A DNA stretch of 64,000 bases from Deltaproteobacteria bacterium SG8_13. GTDB taxonomy: Bacteria; Desulfobacterota; Desulfobacteria; Desulfobacterales; SG8-13. Below the pieces are notes generated by a model. The model was not told where the DNA came from. It worked only from the letters and a program-made list of their open reading frames with translations, and made no database searches. Position 1 is the first letter of the stretch. Every line of letters begins with the position of its first letter. A program made the translations under genes and the position numbers. Location of the stretch: positions 12,683-76,682 of the forward strand of contig LJNK01000013.1 of assembly GCA_001303025.1 (NCBI GenBank). Reading direction: 5' to 3'. Positions 45,590 to 55,215 of the stretch are shown one piece after another.

Positions 45590-45766
45590 CTACGGCTTTT
45601 CCTTCAAGGATTCAACGGTTTGCGTGTCACAGATGTCGAACTCGCGGCCACATCCGCCACAGATCATCTCGCACTCTCTGGCGGTACGGGCCCTGCGTCG
45701 CTTCAGCGTTGCCCGGCACTCCGGGCATTTGAGATCTTCGCCGCCGCCTTTTGTTTGCGCTGCCAT
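45590..45766 (-). CDS. Small zinc-ribbon protein (58 aa)
   Basis: It carries the Cys pairs 'CPEC' and 'CGGC', and the RBS GAGGGA precedes ATG 45766. The longer track ORF (to 45880) has a non-protein-like N-terminus. Confidence 0.45.
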   Translation of the reverse strand: MAAQTKGGGEDLKCPECRATLKRRRARTARECEMICGGCGREFDICDTQTVESLKEKP

Positions 45767-46002
45767 GTGATCGTTTCCCTCGTTGCTGGCAGTCAATGGC
45801 AACATCTGCCAATTGCCGGGCTTGCCGACAACCGGCCCGAAGGCGGTGATCGACCCCCCAGCTTTCGGGAACAGGGTCAAGCCCGAGGGTCCCGCCTAAG
45901 ATGACCCTACCCCGCAATTCGGGCTCGACCCTGTCGCAGTTTGGCTTCCGCCTCTCACAGGCGCGGAAACCCTTTGAAGCAGGTGCTTTCAACCCGAATA
46001 TG

Positions 46003-46752
46003 CTACATTGTGGCATCGTTGTCAACCGCAGGATTCATCGGCTTGTGCTTTTCGATGTACCAGAGAGTCGCACCAATGGGAGCATAGGATAAAAACAGGA
46101 TGTTAAGCCCAGGGATCAGGAACACCAGGCCGAATCCAAGATGGAAGCCGATGTTGCGGGTCAGAAATGCAAACCGCGTGGAAAAACGATCCAGGCGTCT
46201 GGCCGGCACCAGGTCTGTGTTGTCCCAGGATAGAAAGACGATGGCTACTGCTGATGAAAGGACGGTGACAATCGGCCCTAAAGGCGTCGTCCATCCGATC
46301 ACCATAACCGCCAGTGTCAGCAGCACCGGCAGCGTGTTGCGCGGAACCTCCTGGCGAACCAGGTAGAAAAACTGTTTCAGCAACGGAATCGGTTGGGAGG
46401 GTTGAACCGAAGAACTGATCATTTTTTCGGTGATTCGCGACATGGCGTCCATGATGATCACACTGAAAAGAACCTGAGCGATCAGAAAAGAGATGATGGC
46501 CGATATCCCCACCAGCAAAAGGGCCACCAGCCAGGAGACGACATGCCACATCCAGACCACCAAGGCACTTTGCGGTTTTGCCCACAGGAGCTCGGTGATC
46601 TGCTGATGGTAATACAGCGCGATGCCGGCCGAAGCGACAGTGATAAGGACAATGACCACAAATCGAAGCAAACCCAGCAACAGCAGCCGGGGAGACTGCA
46701 TTGCCAGCCGAAGTCCTCGGAATTGATAGGAAATTCCCTCAAAAACACTCAT
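46003..46752 (-). CDS. EI24/CysZ-like integral membrane protein
   Basis: It is a multi-TM protein whose overall pattern resembles the CysZ/EI24 family. The family assignment is from recall only. Confidence 0.55.
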   Translation of the reverse strand: MSVFEGISYQFRGLRLAMQSPRLLLLGLLRFVVIVLITVASAGIALYYHQQITELLWAKPQSALVVWMWHVVSWLVALLLVGISAIISFLIAQVLFSVIIMDAMSRITEKMISSSVQPSQPIPLLKQFFYLVRQEVPRNTLPVLLTLAVMVIGWTTPLGPIVTVLSSAVAIVFLSWDNTDLVPARRLDRFSTRFAFLTRNIGFHLGFGLVFLIPGLNILFLSYAPIGATLWYIEKHKPMNPAVDNDATM

Positions 46753-46815
46753 GATGATTGAACTTTTACCACATGGGTGCTATGCTGTAAACAGATGCAA
46801 AGGGAGATGAGAGGT

Positions 46816-47010
46816 ATGAAAGTTCGAATAGATTACGATCTGTGCATGGGCGACCGGAACTGCAACAAGGTCTGCCCGGAGGTTTTCGAATACGACCAGG
46901 ATCAGTTTTTGTCCCGGGTGCTTGTCGATGAGGTCCCTGGGCATCTGGAAAATCAGGTCCGCAAAGCGGCACGGGAATGTGCGCCGGGGGCGATTATCAT
47001 CGAAGAATAA
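46816..47010 (+). CDS. Small single-cluster ferredoxin
   Basis: 'IDYDLCMGDRNCNKVCPEVF...ECAPGAIIIE' (64 aa). The RBS GAGAGG precedes ATG 46816. Confidence 0.7.
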   Translation: MKVRIDYDLCMGDRNCNKVCPEVFEYDQDQFLSRVLVDEVPGHLENQVRKAARECAPGAIIIEE

Positions 47011-47149
47011 AAGAATCCGATTGGCGATCAACCTGATTGCCGCAACCGGCCGGTGAAGGCGCGGCGCTGGGGCTCGCATTGGGTCCACTTCGGGCACTTG
47101 TTCCGAGTGCCGGCAGGAGAATCGAAAAACAACAGCTGGACGGCTTCTC

Positions 47150-47908
47150 ATGACTACCGAAAGTGTCACAACCCTGGCTGAAGCAATGACCGAATATTTC
47201 AGCCAGTACGAGCTTGAGGAGCTGTGCGGCCAGTTCGAGATCCATCTCGTCTATTCCGGCACCAAGCCGGACCATCAGAAGCTCGCCAAAAACCTGATGT
47301 CGGATCTCGATTCGAAGAAAAACCGGCGATTCCTGCTCGCGCTGGTGGATGATCTATTGGCAAGATGCCAGCAGACCATCGAGAATCTGCCGATGGGCGA
47401 CAATCTCTATCATCAGCAGATGGTCCCGCAACTGCAGAAGTTCAAACGCCTGCTCGTGCAGCGCAAATCCTCACCCAAAGATACCGGCCGCCAAACAAGC
47501 GTAAAGATCGGCAACGTGCGATCCGCCCTGGAGTCCTTTTTCGCGGGCGCACAGACCGAGGTTACCATCGTCGACACGCAACTGGGATCTGCGGCCCTCG
47601 AATTCATGGCCAGGGTGAAAAATCCCATTCGCCTTCTCACCCGCCAAACCCTCGAAAAATTTGAGCATGATTTCTTCCAATCACTGAAGCAGTTCCGCCA
47701 AAAAGGCCACAGCGTGGAGATTCGGCGGCATGCAGATATCCATGACCGTCTGATACTGTTCAACAAACGCTGCTGGGTGTCGGGCAAGTCCCTCAAAGAT
47801 GCCGCCGGGGGCGATTTCGAACTGATCGAGATAATTGATTACAAAGCGGCCGTTGTCCGGACAGTCCAGGATCGGTGGGGCGAGGCCGAAAGCATCATTA
47901 TCGGATAG
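47150..47908 (+). CDS. Hypothetical protein: N-terminal death-like/effector-associated-like helical domain + C-terminal degenerate PLD-like domain
   Basis: The 252-aa ORF has protein-like composition. The N-terminus 'YFSQYELEELCGQFEI...KLAKNLMSDL...RFLLALVDDLL' and the C-terminus 'IHDRLILFNKRCWVSGKSLKDAAG' support the domain ideas, which are inferences. Confidence 0.6.
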   Translation: MTTESVTTLAEAMTEYFSQYELEELCGQFEIHLVYSGTKPDHQKLAKNLMSDLDSKKNRRFLLALVDDLLARCQQTIENLPMGDNLYHQQMVPQLQKFKRLLVQRKSSPKDTGRQTSVKIGNVRSALESFFAGAQTEVTIVDTQLGSAALEFMARVKNPIRLLTRQTLEKFEHDFFQSLKQFRQKGHSVEIRRHADIHDRLILFNKRCWVSGKSLKDAAGGDFELIEIIDYKAAVVRTVQDRWGEAESIIIG

Positions 47909-48117
47909 GCCCTGAGACGGCCAGGGTTTTCCGGAAGCTGGCGCTGATAATCCGACAACGCTCACCGCAGGAGGTTTCTAAATTTCCCGCACCCGCAGCA
48001 GCCGCGCCATCTGCATTTCCCCCCCCCCGCGTTTTACGGCGGCAGCAGGAAGCTGAAAATCGAACACAGCGGTGATCTACGGCACCGTTTCGCAAAATGC
48101 ATGCCGGGCCGTTATCG

Positions 48118-48564
48118 TTAGCCGGTTTCGCCGTCGATCCTATTCAGGCGCTTCAGCCGCTCGTCGAACATCCTTCGCGACAAATGTTTCCAGGGACTGA
48201 CAGGGGCAAAGCGGAGAGTCGATTTTACGTCCGGAGAGAACACCTTTCCGGCTTGAATATCCGGCATTTCGAGAAGAAAGGTGAACTCTTCGCCCAGGTC
48301 GAGTAGAATATCGAGAGAGTCGGTGTCTTCCAGCAGGTCGACGACCAGCATATTGCGAACCAGGCAGGTTCCTTGCAGGTGCTTCCGACCCGCTCGACCG
48401 GTGGTGATGTGAATGGAGGGATTTTCCAGTGCCACGGCCGCGCCGGCATCTGTGATTAAATATGCCTGTTGAACCAAATAGTTGCCCTCTTCAAATGGTA
48501 TCCAGTCCGTCATCGGTTTTCGTGGCACAGCTGTCTCCGCCCGAGGAGGTCGGGTCATGTTCAC
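48118..48564 (-). CDS. Hypothetical protein
   Basis: A 148-aa ORF for which I recognise no family. The start is uncertain, with an alternative at M18. Confidence 0.4.
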   Translation of the reverse strand: MNMTRPPRAETAVPRKPMTDWIPFEEGNYLVQQAYLITDAGAAVALENPSIHITTGRAGRKHLQGTCLVRNMLVVDLLEDTDSLDILLDLGEEFTFLLEMPDIQAGKVFSPDVKSTLRFAPVSPWKHLSRRMFDERLKRLNRIDGETG

Positions 48565-48645
48565 ACTCGGGTATCTGGTTTTATAGGATGCAATGAATCA
48601 TCCGGTATGCAGGGCGTAATTATTTGCCGAAGGATTAAAGGGTTC

Positions 48646-49191
48646 ATGAAACCGATCGCTATGAAAACCGTACTTTGGCTCACCGCAGTCCTGCTGGCAC
48701 TTGCGGTAGCATTTCTGCTGGCTTCCGGGCGCATCGGGCACGGGGTTCGCCCTACCGTGTCCGAAGAACCGAAATCACCTCCCAGCATCCGGCACAAGAT
48801 ACCGGACGCTGATAGACCGACGGAAACAGGCGATGGCGGCAAGAAAACCGGGCCAGCCGATCCAATCGGCGGTGTTACCCGAACCTATGTCAAACCATCC
48901 TACTCGGAGCCGACAGAGGCGGTTCGTCTCGAAGTGTCAGCCATTGAGCAAGACGGCGAGCTGCTGATTGTCGGAAAGCTGTTCGATGGCTCATCCTGCT
49001 ATCGGATGCAGATCGACCTTGAACTGCAAGCCGATGACGGACGAATAGTTTTCCACACCCTTATGCTCAGCCCTACCGGCCAGAACCAAGAAAGACCGAT
49101 TCGATCCAAACGGCGGCTTCCGCCCTCATCGACGAAAGCACCGGTTTCCTGGAGAGCGCACGTGGCAGCGCTCCGCTGCCTGGATCCGTAA
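48646..49191 (+). CDS. Hypothetical membrane-anchored/secreted protein
   Basis: 'MKPIAMKTVLWLTAVLLALAVAFLLASG' is a signal/anchor sequence. The start was moved from the track's 48469 to avoid an overlap with the opposite gene. Confidence 0.45.
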   Translation: MKPIAMKTVLWLTAVLLALAVAFLLASGRIGHGVRPTVSEEPKSPPSIRHKIPDADRPTETGDGGKKTGPADPIGGVTRTYVKPSYSEPTEAVRLEVSAIEQDGELLIVGKLFDGSSCYRMQIDLELQADDGRIVFHTLMLSPTGQNQERPIRSKRRLPPSSTKAPVSWRAHVAALRCLDP

Positions 49192-49330
49192 ACCCAGTCA
49201 GTCATGCAGACGGTCCTAACGCCTGAAGCCCTACCCTGGCATGATAAGGCAGCGGATCGTTCCGCGCTCGGCCATATTTCAGAGGATTGTTGCTGGGCCC
49301 TGCCCCAGTGCTTTGATACCGCTACGAGTA

Positions 49331-49714
49331 CTAAGCGATTGGGCCACAATCGCTTCCGCTCATGCGGCTGCGACCTTCGGTGCCGGTATGCATCTTCTTG
49401 ACCAGGTAATCAATCATCGCCCTATGGGCCTGTGCTTTCAACTTCGGGTCGGAAATCCCCAATAACCAGGACCTTCGCCGTTCGACGAGAATCCAGATCA
49501 GGCCTCCGGTCGCCACCCCCCCGACAAAGATGATTTGCAGGGCCATCTCCAGGGATACGAAACCGGTCAGTGCAACGGCCAGCAGAGCCGAAACTGCCGA
49601 CCACATGTTCATGGTCAGGATTTGGCTGATCTGATCCTGTTTTCGAATGGTCCAGAGGAAAAAGTGCGCTGAGATCGGGCGGGTGTTGCCTGTCCGTCGG
49701 CCTTTTCTTGCCAT
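49331..49714 (-). CDS. Hypothetical small membrane protein (127 aa)
   Basis: A strong RBS, AAGGAGGGGG, precedes ATG 49714. Two hydrophobic helices are predicted. Confidence 0.5.
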   Translation of the reverse strand: MARKGRRTGNTRPISAHFFLWTIRKQDQISQILTMNMWSAVSALLAVALTGFVSLEMALQIIFVGGVATGGLIWILVERRRSWLLGISDPKLKAQAHRAMIDYLVKKMHTGTEGRSRMSGSDCGPIA

Positions 49715-49856
49715 TTCCCCCTCCTTGCCAATGGTTGCACGGTCGGTTTTTATATATGGCAGCAACCGGTTTCCAATGGTTTCCTTGCCACCCCTATCGA
49801 TATCGTAACCACCGGCCCGAATGCTGTCAAACCCTTTGGTGTCGGGACCACGGCCG

Positions 49857-51116
49857 CTATTGAACCCACAGGAGGCTGAACCATGGGAAATAGGTGATCA
49901 GCCCTAAGGCGAGCAGCAGTATCAAAAGGTAGGGTATGGATGCGGCATAGAGTTGCAGCACCGGCCGGGAAAACCGTATGCTGGCGATAAACAGGTTGAT
50001 TCCCAGCGGCGGCAGAGACGCGCCGATCTCCAGGTTGGTGAGAAAAATGATCCCCAGGTGGATGGGGTGGATTCCGAATGCTTCGGCCATGGGGGTCAGA
50101 AGCGGTACGACCACCACCAGTGCGGAGAAAATTCCCATGGTACATCCGGCTGCCAGCAGGAAAAGATTCAACACGAGTAAAAACAGATAGCGATTCTCGA
50201 TGTGCTCCCGGAAAAAATCTAGCAGTCGCATGGGAATCATCTCGTCGATGAGATAATTCGTCAGGCTCATCGCAGCTCCGAAGATGATAAAAATAGTTCC
50301 AACCAGTACCATGCTTTTTTTCATAATCTCGGGTACATCGCGCCAGGGGATGTCTCCGTTGATCAGGGTTTCTACCATCAGGACGTATACGGCCGTGATG
50401 GCGGCCGCTTCGCTGACAGCAAAATAACCGCTGTAAATACCGCCCAAAACGATAAACGGCAGGGGCAGCTCCCATAACCCTTCACGGACGGCCTTCAACG
50501 CCTCCTTGACCTGAAACGGCTGTCGAGGGACATCTGCGCCGATAGCCCGGCAGACGCAGTAGACAGAAAGCATCACCACGAGCAGCATTCCGGGCACGAT
50601 TCCGGCGATAAACAGCTGATCGATGCGCACACCACCGACGATGGCATAAATGATCAGTGGCAGACTGGGAGGAAACAGCAGCCCCAGCGTACCGGATGTG
50701 GTGAGCAGGCCCAAAGAAAATGGTTGCGGGTAGTTTCCCTTCAGCATGGCCGGCAGTAATAACCCGCCCAGGGCGATGATGGTCAAACCGGTTGCGCCGG
50801 TCAGTGCGGTGAACACCGCGCAGGTGAGCAGAGCAATGATGGCCAGCCCCCCGGGCAACCATCCCAGAAGGGCATTGGACAATCGGATCAGCCGGCGGGG
50901 AGCGCCGCTTTCCGACAGACAGTACCCCGCAAAGGTAAACAAAGGGATGGCGACGAGGATCGGTGTCGTCGCCATGCGGTGCATCTCGATGATGATGGCC
51001 GACAGATCGATTCCGCTGGCGGTATACAACAATACAGCCAGAGAGGCGATCACCACAAAAATCGGCGCACCCAGCAGCATCAGCAATAATGTGAGACCGA
51101 TCAGCACCAGGCTCAT
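49857..51116 (-). CDS. dctM: TRAP transporter large permease
   Basis: A 419-aa polytopic protein with the typical DctM pattern. It overlaps the dctQ-like gene by 4 nt. Confidence 0.9.
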   Translation of the reverse strand: MSLVLIGLTLLLMLLGAPIFVVIASLAVLLYTASGIDLSAIIIEMHRMATTPILVAIPLFTFAGYCLSESGAPRRLIRLSNALLGWLPGGLAIIALLTCAVFTALTGATGLTIIALGGLLLPAMLKGNYPQPFSLGLLTTSGTLGLLFPPSLPLIIYAIVGGVRIDQLFIAGIVPGMLLVVMLSVYCVCRAIGADVPRQPFQVKEALKAVREGLWELPLPFIVLGGIYSGYFAVSEAAAITAVYVLMVETLINGDIPWRDVPEIMKKSMVLVGTIFIIFGAAMSLTNYLIDEMIPMRLLDFFREHIENRYLFLLVLNLFLLAAGCTMGIFSALVVVVPLLTPMAEAFGIHPIHLGIIFLTNLEIGASLPPLGINLFIASIRFSRPVLQLYAASIPYLLILLLALGLITYFPWFSLLWVQ

Positions 51117-51631
51117 GTATCACCGCGGCCGGGGTTCGTTGCTGGTGCCTTGCCGATCAAAACAGCGATGTCGCCGGCACTGTACATCGCATACCGAAGC
51201 GTCATCAAAGCAAAGGCGGCAGGCAAAACCAGTTGCAGCAACCACACCGGAATATCAAAAAACACCGTTCCTTTCAGCAGGCGTTCATTGCAGATAAAAG
51301 CCAGGGAGGCATATGCGAGGATTGCGCATATCAGGCAGGAGAAAAGATGGACCACCAGAAGGTTGACGGTCTTGCTGACACCCGGCAGCCACCGAGACAG
51401 GACATCGATGTTGATATGGCCACCCTCCCGGGTGGCCAGGGCGGCACCTATAAATCCCACCCACAAAACCAGGTAACGAACAAAGGAATCCCCCCAGGGC
51501 AAACCGGTGTAGAAGAAATTGCGGAGCACAATCTGAAGGAAAGCCACAATGATCATGGCCGCCAGCAATACGGACAGAAGCACTTTTTCGATATGGCCGA
51601 TCAACCGGTCTATACGATTCCAACTATCCAT
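51113..51631 (-). CDS. dctQ: TRAP transporter small permease
   Basis: A 172-aa protein with 4 TM helices, located between the DctP and DctM genes. Confidence 0.8.
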   Translation of the reverse strand: MDSWNRIDRLIGHIEKVLLSVLLAAMIIVAFLQIVLRNFFYTGLPWGDSFVRYLVLWVGFIGAALATREGGHINIDVLSRWLPGVSKTVNLLVVHLFSCLICAILAYASLAFICNERLLKGTVFFDIPVWLLQLVLPAAFALMTLRYAMYSAGDIAVLIGKAPATNPGRGDT

Positions 51632-52653
51632 TACGGTTTCTCTTTGCGAAAGACTTCCAGGTGGGCGGTGACCTGTATCAGGGTTTCTTGCGGGAAACTG
51701 GCGCTTCCGGGTTGTTGGATGGCCCTGTCGGTGATTTTCTTAAACTTTTCAATCTCTTCTTTCGACACTTCCAACAGTTGGATCCCGCTGCCGGTCATTA
51801 CCTGCAGTGCGGACCGGTTTTCGGCCCTCACCGTTTTTTTCATCCGTTCCTGCTGCCGGTTGAAGGATGCCCGGACGATCGCCTGATCATCGGTCGGCAA
51901 CTGGTCAAAAACATTTTTTTTAACGATGATGATGCCGGTGATGTACATCAGGGGAACATTGGTGATGTACTTTGTCTTGGTAAACCATTGCAGCGAGATG
52001 GCCCCGGCCGGGGGAGCGTAGACCACGTCCACCAGGCCGGTTTGCAGGCCAACGAGAACATCGGGCATGGACAGGGGAATGCCCGAAACGCCCATTTCTT
52101 TGAATATCGCCCGGGTCATGGGCGCTTGTGCCCACACCCAGACCTTGGCTTTGCGCAGGTCTTCTATGGTGACAACCGGAACGGTGGACATCAGTCGGAT
52201 AAAGCCGCCCTCTGACCAGCCGAGCATGACATACCCGTTTTTGTCCATGCTATCGCGAAAATAGGCGTCCATCTTCGAAAGCAGATAATCGACCTCCTCG
52301 TAATTCTGAAACAAAAACGGGACCTGCAAGACGTCCATGTCCGGCAGTATCCTTGTTAGGCTCGAGGCAGTCACCACTGCGCCGTGGACCTGGCCGACGA
52401 ACATCTTCCGCATTACGTCCTCTTCATCTCCCAACACACCGCCGGCATACACTCGAAACCGGACCCGGTTGTCCGTTTGCTGCATGATATCGGTGTTGAT
52501 TTCGTCAAACAGGTTCATCCAGGCGCTGCCTTCAGGCGCCAGGGTGGCAATCTTCAGCACATGCTTGCCGGATGCTCCATGTGCCGCAGCAATGAAAAAC
52601 AGCGCTGCCGCGACGGCGAAGCCTGCGGTATATAGAACTGCGGTCCTTTTCAT
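51631..52653 (-). CDS. dctP: TRAP transporter substrate-binding protein
   Basis: It has a signal peptide and a DctP-type fold pattern ('LKIATLAPEGSAW...'). The start was set at ATG 52653, which follows AAGGAAG. Confidence 0.9.
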   Translation of the reverse strand: MKRTAVLYTAGFAVAAALFFIAAAHGASGKHVLKIATLAPEGSAWMNLFDEINTDIMQQTDNRVRFRVYAGGVLGDEEDVMRKMFVGQVHGAVVTASSLTRILPDMDVLQVPFLFQNYEEVDYLLSKMDAYFRDSMDKNGYVMLGWSEGGFIRLMSTVPVVTIEDLRKAKVWVWAQAPMTRAIFKEMGVSGIPLSMPDVLVGLQTGLVDVVYAPPAGAISLQWFTKTKYITNVPLMYITGIIIVKKNVFDQLPTDDQAIVRASFNRQQERMKKTVRAENRSALQVMTGSGIQLLEVSKEEIEKFKKITDRAIQQPGSASFPQETLIQVTAHLEVFRKEKP

Positions 52654-52676
52654 ATGCCGATCTTCCTTGATAGCCA

Positions 52677-53552
52677 TCAGAAATAATCTTCGACATTGCG
52701 AAGCATTTCTTCGGCCTTGCGCCGGGCCACACTGTTGGTCAGTGTCAAATCCGGCTCGATATCTGTCGGTGTTTGGAGGACTTCCTGCAGTGTAGCAACA
52801 AAAAGGTCACGGTCGAATATCTTGCGAGCGTAAAGTTCCGCATAGTAAACTTTTGTCATTAAAAATTTGTCCTGCCCTAGTTCCATGGCTTTCTGGAAAT
52901 GATATCGGGCCGTGTCGAGATTGCCTCCGGCAATTTTCGGTCTGGAGGCGTACCAGATTCCCATGAACAAATGCGGACCTCCGTAGTAGAAACTCTCATC
53001 GAGTTTCAGGGCCCGCTTGATCATCATCTCCACCCGGGGAAGCTGTGCCAGCGCTTCCATCGAGTTCAGGTTCAAACGAATCCAGCTCCCCCAGCACGCC
53101 GCCGACCAGAACAGGTAGGGCATTGACCTTTGATCCAGCTTTTGCAGATTTTGGTCAAATTCTTCGAAGGAGCAAGTGAGCGGCTGGTCAAATCCCTTCA
53201 GTTCGAGAGCTTTTAAGCTGTAGCGCTTTGCTTTGGCCAGAACGGCCGAAGCAGTGGACTTGTCGTCTTCCAGGAAGGTCGAAGCATAGGAAGCGTTGGC
53301 CTGCGCCGCCGCCAGCAGCAGCTGCGCATTGTCCGGCCAACCTTCGATCATTCCGTCCATGAGCATCAGGTACGCCGGCATTCCCTGTCGCACGATCTCC
53401 AGCTCCGATTGTCTGTAGCTGGACACGGCCACATCTTCCACCAGCGATGCGGTGGCCATAACGGTTATTTTTTTGCCAGGAGAGCAGGATGATACAACCA
53501 GCAAAAAGGACAGCAGCAAAACAGTCGGCGATTTAGACGGCAGGCCGGTCAT
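52677..53552 (-). CDS. TatT-like TPR lipoprotein component of a TRAP transporter
   Basis: It has a lipobox 'LVVSSC' and a helical TPR-like body, and sits immediately upstream of dctPQM on the same strand. The start was moved to ATG 53552. Confidence 0.6.
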   Translation of the reverse strand: MTGLPSKSPTVLLLSFLLVVSSCSPGKKITVMATASLVEDVAVSSYRQSELEIVRQGMPAYLMLMDGMIEGWPDNAQLLLAAAQANASYASTFLEDDKSTASAVLAKAKRYSLKALELKGFDQPLTCSFEEFDQNLQKLDQRSMPYLFWSAACWGSWIRLNLNSMEALAQLPRVEMMIKRALKLDESFYYGGPHLFMGIWYASRPKIAGGNLDTARYHFQKAMELGQDKFLMTKVYYAELYARKIFDRDLFVATLQEVLQTPTDIEPDLTLTNSVARRKAEEMLRNVEDYF

Positions 53553-53930
53553 GAAATTTGCCTCGAACGGAGCATGTTCAGTTGCGCAATACGCCAACAA
53601 TATCAAACGGTTACGTTCGAAAGCAACACCATTGAAGGAGTGCGACACCTTGTTTTTCAACGCATCGGTATGGCAGGCTTTTTTTGCAGTATAGTGGGGC
53701 ATCCTTCATCCGTCAAGGCTCAATGCCCACCGATCGGCATTGACGAACTCGAACCGGTACCCGGCTTGCAGTCCCTCGGTTGCGTTTGCCCTTCACAACT
53801 GGTATATCTTGACACGGGTGCAGTTGGGTGCAGCACGCAGCGGCTTCCCGCAAGCTCGGTCGCAAACCAGAAGGCTTTGTGCCGATGTGAAAAGCAGAAG
53901 AAGATCATACCGGCACATGATAAACCGCTT

Positions 53931-54365
53931 ATGGGACGTATCCGGATACAGCTTCCGAAAAAGTTCACCTTCTATACGGACGTCGGAATTCGCATCTCCG
54001 ATATCAATTACGGCAACCACCTGGGCAACGATGCCGTTCTGCGGCTGATCCATGAAGCCCGGGTTCGGTTTTTGCGGCAATACGGCTTTTCGGAGATGGA
54101 TATCTGCGGTCTCGGGCTGATGATCGCCGACGCGGCAGTCGTCTACAAATCGCAGGGGTACTACGGCGACCAGCTGCGGATTGAAGTCACTACTGCCGAA
54201 CCAGGCCGATATGGGTGCGACCTCTATTATCGTCTCACCAACAATACAACCGGCAAGGAGGTTGCCAGGGCAAAAACCCATATCGTCTTTTTCGACTACA
54301 TCGGCAACAAAATGGCACGCCTGCCGGAGGATTTCAGACGGACCATTCCATCGGAGAATCTGTGA
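53931..54365 (+). CDS. Acyl-CoA thioesterase (4HBT/YbgC-like hotdog)
   Basis: 'FTFYTDVGIRISDINYGNHLGNDAVLRLIHEARVRFL' is a 4HBT-like pattern. The start was moved to ATG 53931. Confidence 0.75.
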   Translation: MGRIRIQLPKKFTFYTDVGIRISDINYGNHLGNDAVLRLIHEARVRFLRQYGFSEMDICGLGLMIADAAVVYKSQGYYGDQLRIEVTTAEPGRYGCDLYYRLTNNTTGKEVARAKTHIVFFDYIGNKMARLPEDFRRTIPSENL

Positions 54366-54378
54366 AAGGAGGTTCGAC

Positions 54379-55062
54379 ATGCCAGTAAAACTCACATGGT
54401 ACGGACATGCCTGTTTTTTGTTTGAAACCGGCGGCAGTAAACTGCTGACCGATCCGTTTTTGACGGGCAATCCCCTGGCACCGATCGCAGCGGATGCAGT
54501 CGAGGCCGACTACATATTTGTTTCTCATGGCCACGGGGATCACGTGGGTGATACGCTCTCCATTGCCAAACGCACCGGGGCCACCGTGGTTTCCAACTTC
54601 GAGATCCAAAATTGGCTGGCCGGGCAGGGCGTGGAGCCGACCCACCCGCAGCACATTGGCGGTGGATACGATTATCCTTGGGGAAGAGTCAAGTTGACGA
54701 TCGCCCACCATGGATCGGCTTTGCCGGACGGCAGCTATGGTGGCAACCCTTGCGGGTTTCTTTTCTACCTCGAGGGGCTGAAGATCTATCACGCTTGTGA
54801 CACCGGGTTGTTTTACGACATGAAGCTGATCGGAGAGGAGAGAATCGATCTGGCGATCCTGCCGATCGGCGACAACTTCACCATGGGACCGGACGATGCA
54901 TTACGGGCGGTGAAACTGATCCAGCCGGCCCGGGTGATCCCGATTCACTACAACACCTTCGATGTGATCCGTCAGGACCCGCAGGCCTGGGCCAAACGGG
55001 TCCGCAATGAAACTGCGGCCGAGGTAACCGTACTGCAGCCGGGCGATTTTCTGCAAATCTAG
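54379..55062 (+). CDS. Metal-dependent hydrolase, MBL fold (UPF0173-like)
   Basis: 'KLTWYGHACFLFE...DYIFVSHGHGDHVGD' is an MBL-fold signature. The RBS AAGGAGG precedes ATG 54379. Confidence 0.85.
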   Translation: MPVKLTWYGHACFLFETGGSKLLTDPFLTGNPLAPIAADAVEADYIFVSHGHGDHVGDTLSIAKRTGATVVSNFEIQNWLAGQGVEPTHPQHIGGGYDYPWGRVKLTIAHHGSALPDGSYGGNPCGFLFYLEGLKIYHACDTGLFYDMKLIGEERIDLAILPIGDNFTMGPDDALRAVKLIQPARVIPIHYNTFDVIRQDPQAWAKRVRNETAAEVTVLQPGDFLQI

Positions 55063-55215
55063 TCGGTGAATTTTTCAATTATTTCGCCGCCGACCCGAAT
55101 GGGCCCCCGCCTGCCGATGGTGAAGGATCGAAGCAATCCTGGCTTGAACCAATTCCCGGCGAAATGGCGACCATATGCTGCAACCGGCGAGCATGTTGCC
55201 GAAGAAGGAGGTCTT

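Noticed and set aside
45555-45592. A short hairpin (AGGAC-aagatgc-GTCCT) followed by GGCTTTTCC after gltD, considered as a terminator.
   Set aside because: The contiguous stem is only 5 bp with a mismatch-interrupted extension, which is too weak to call by eye.
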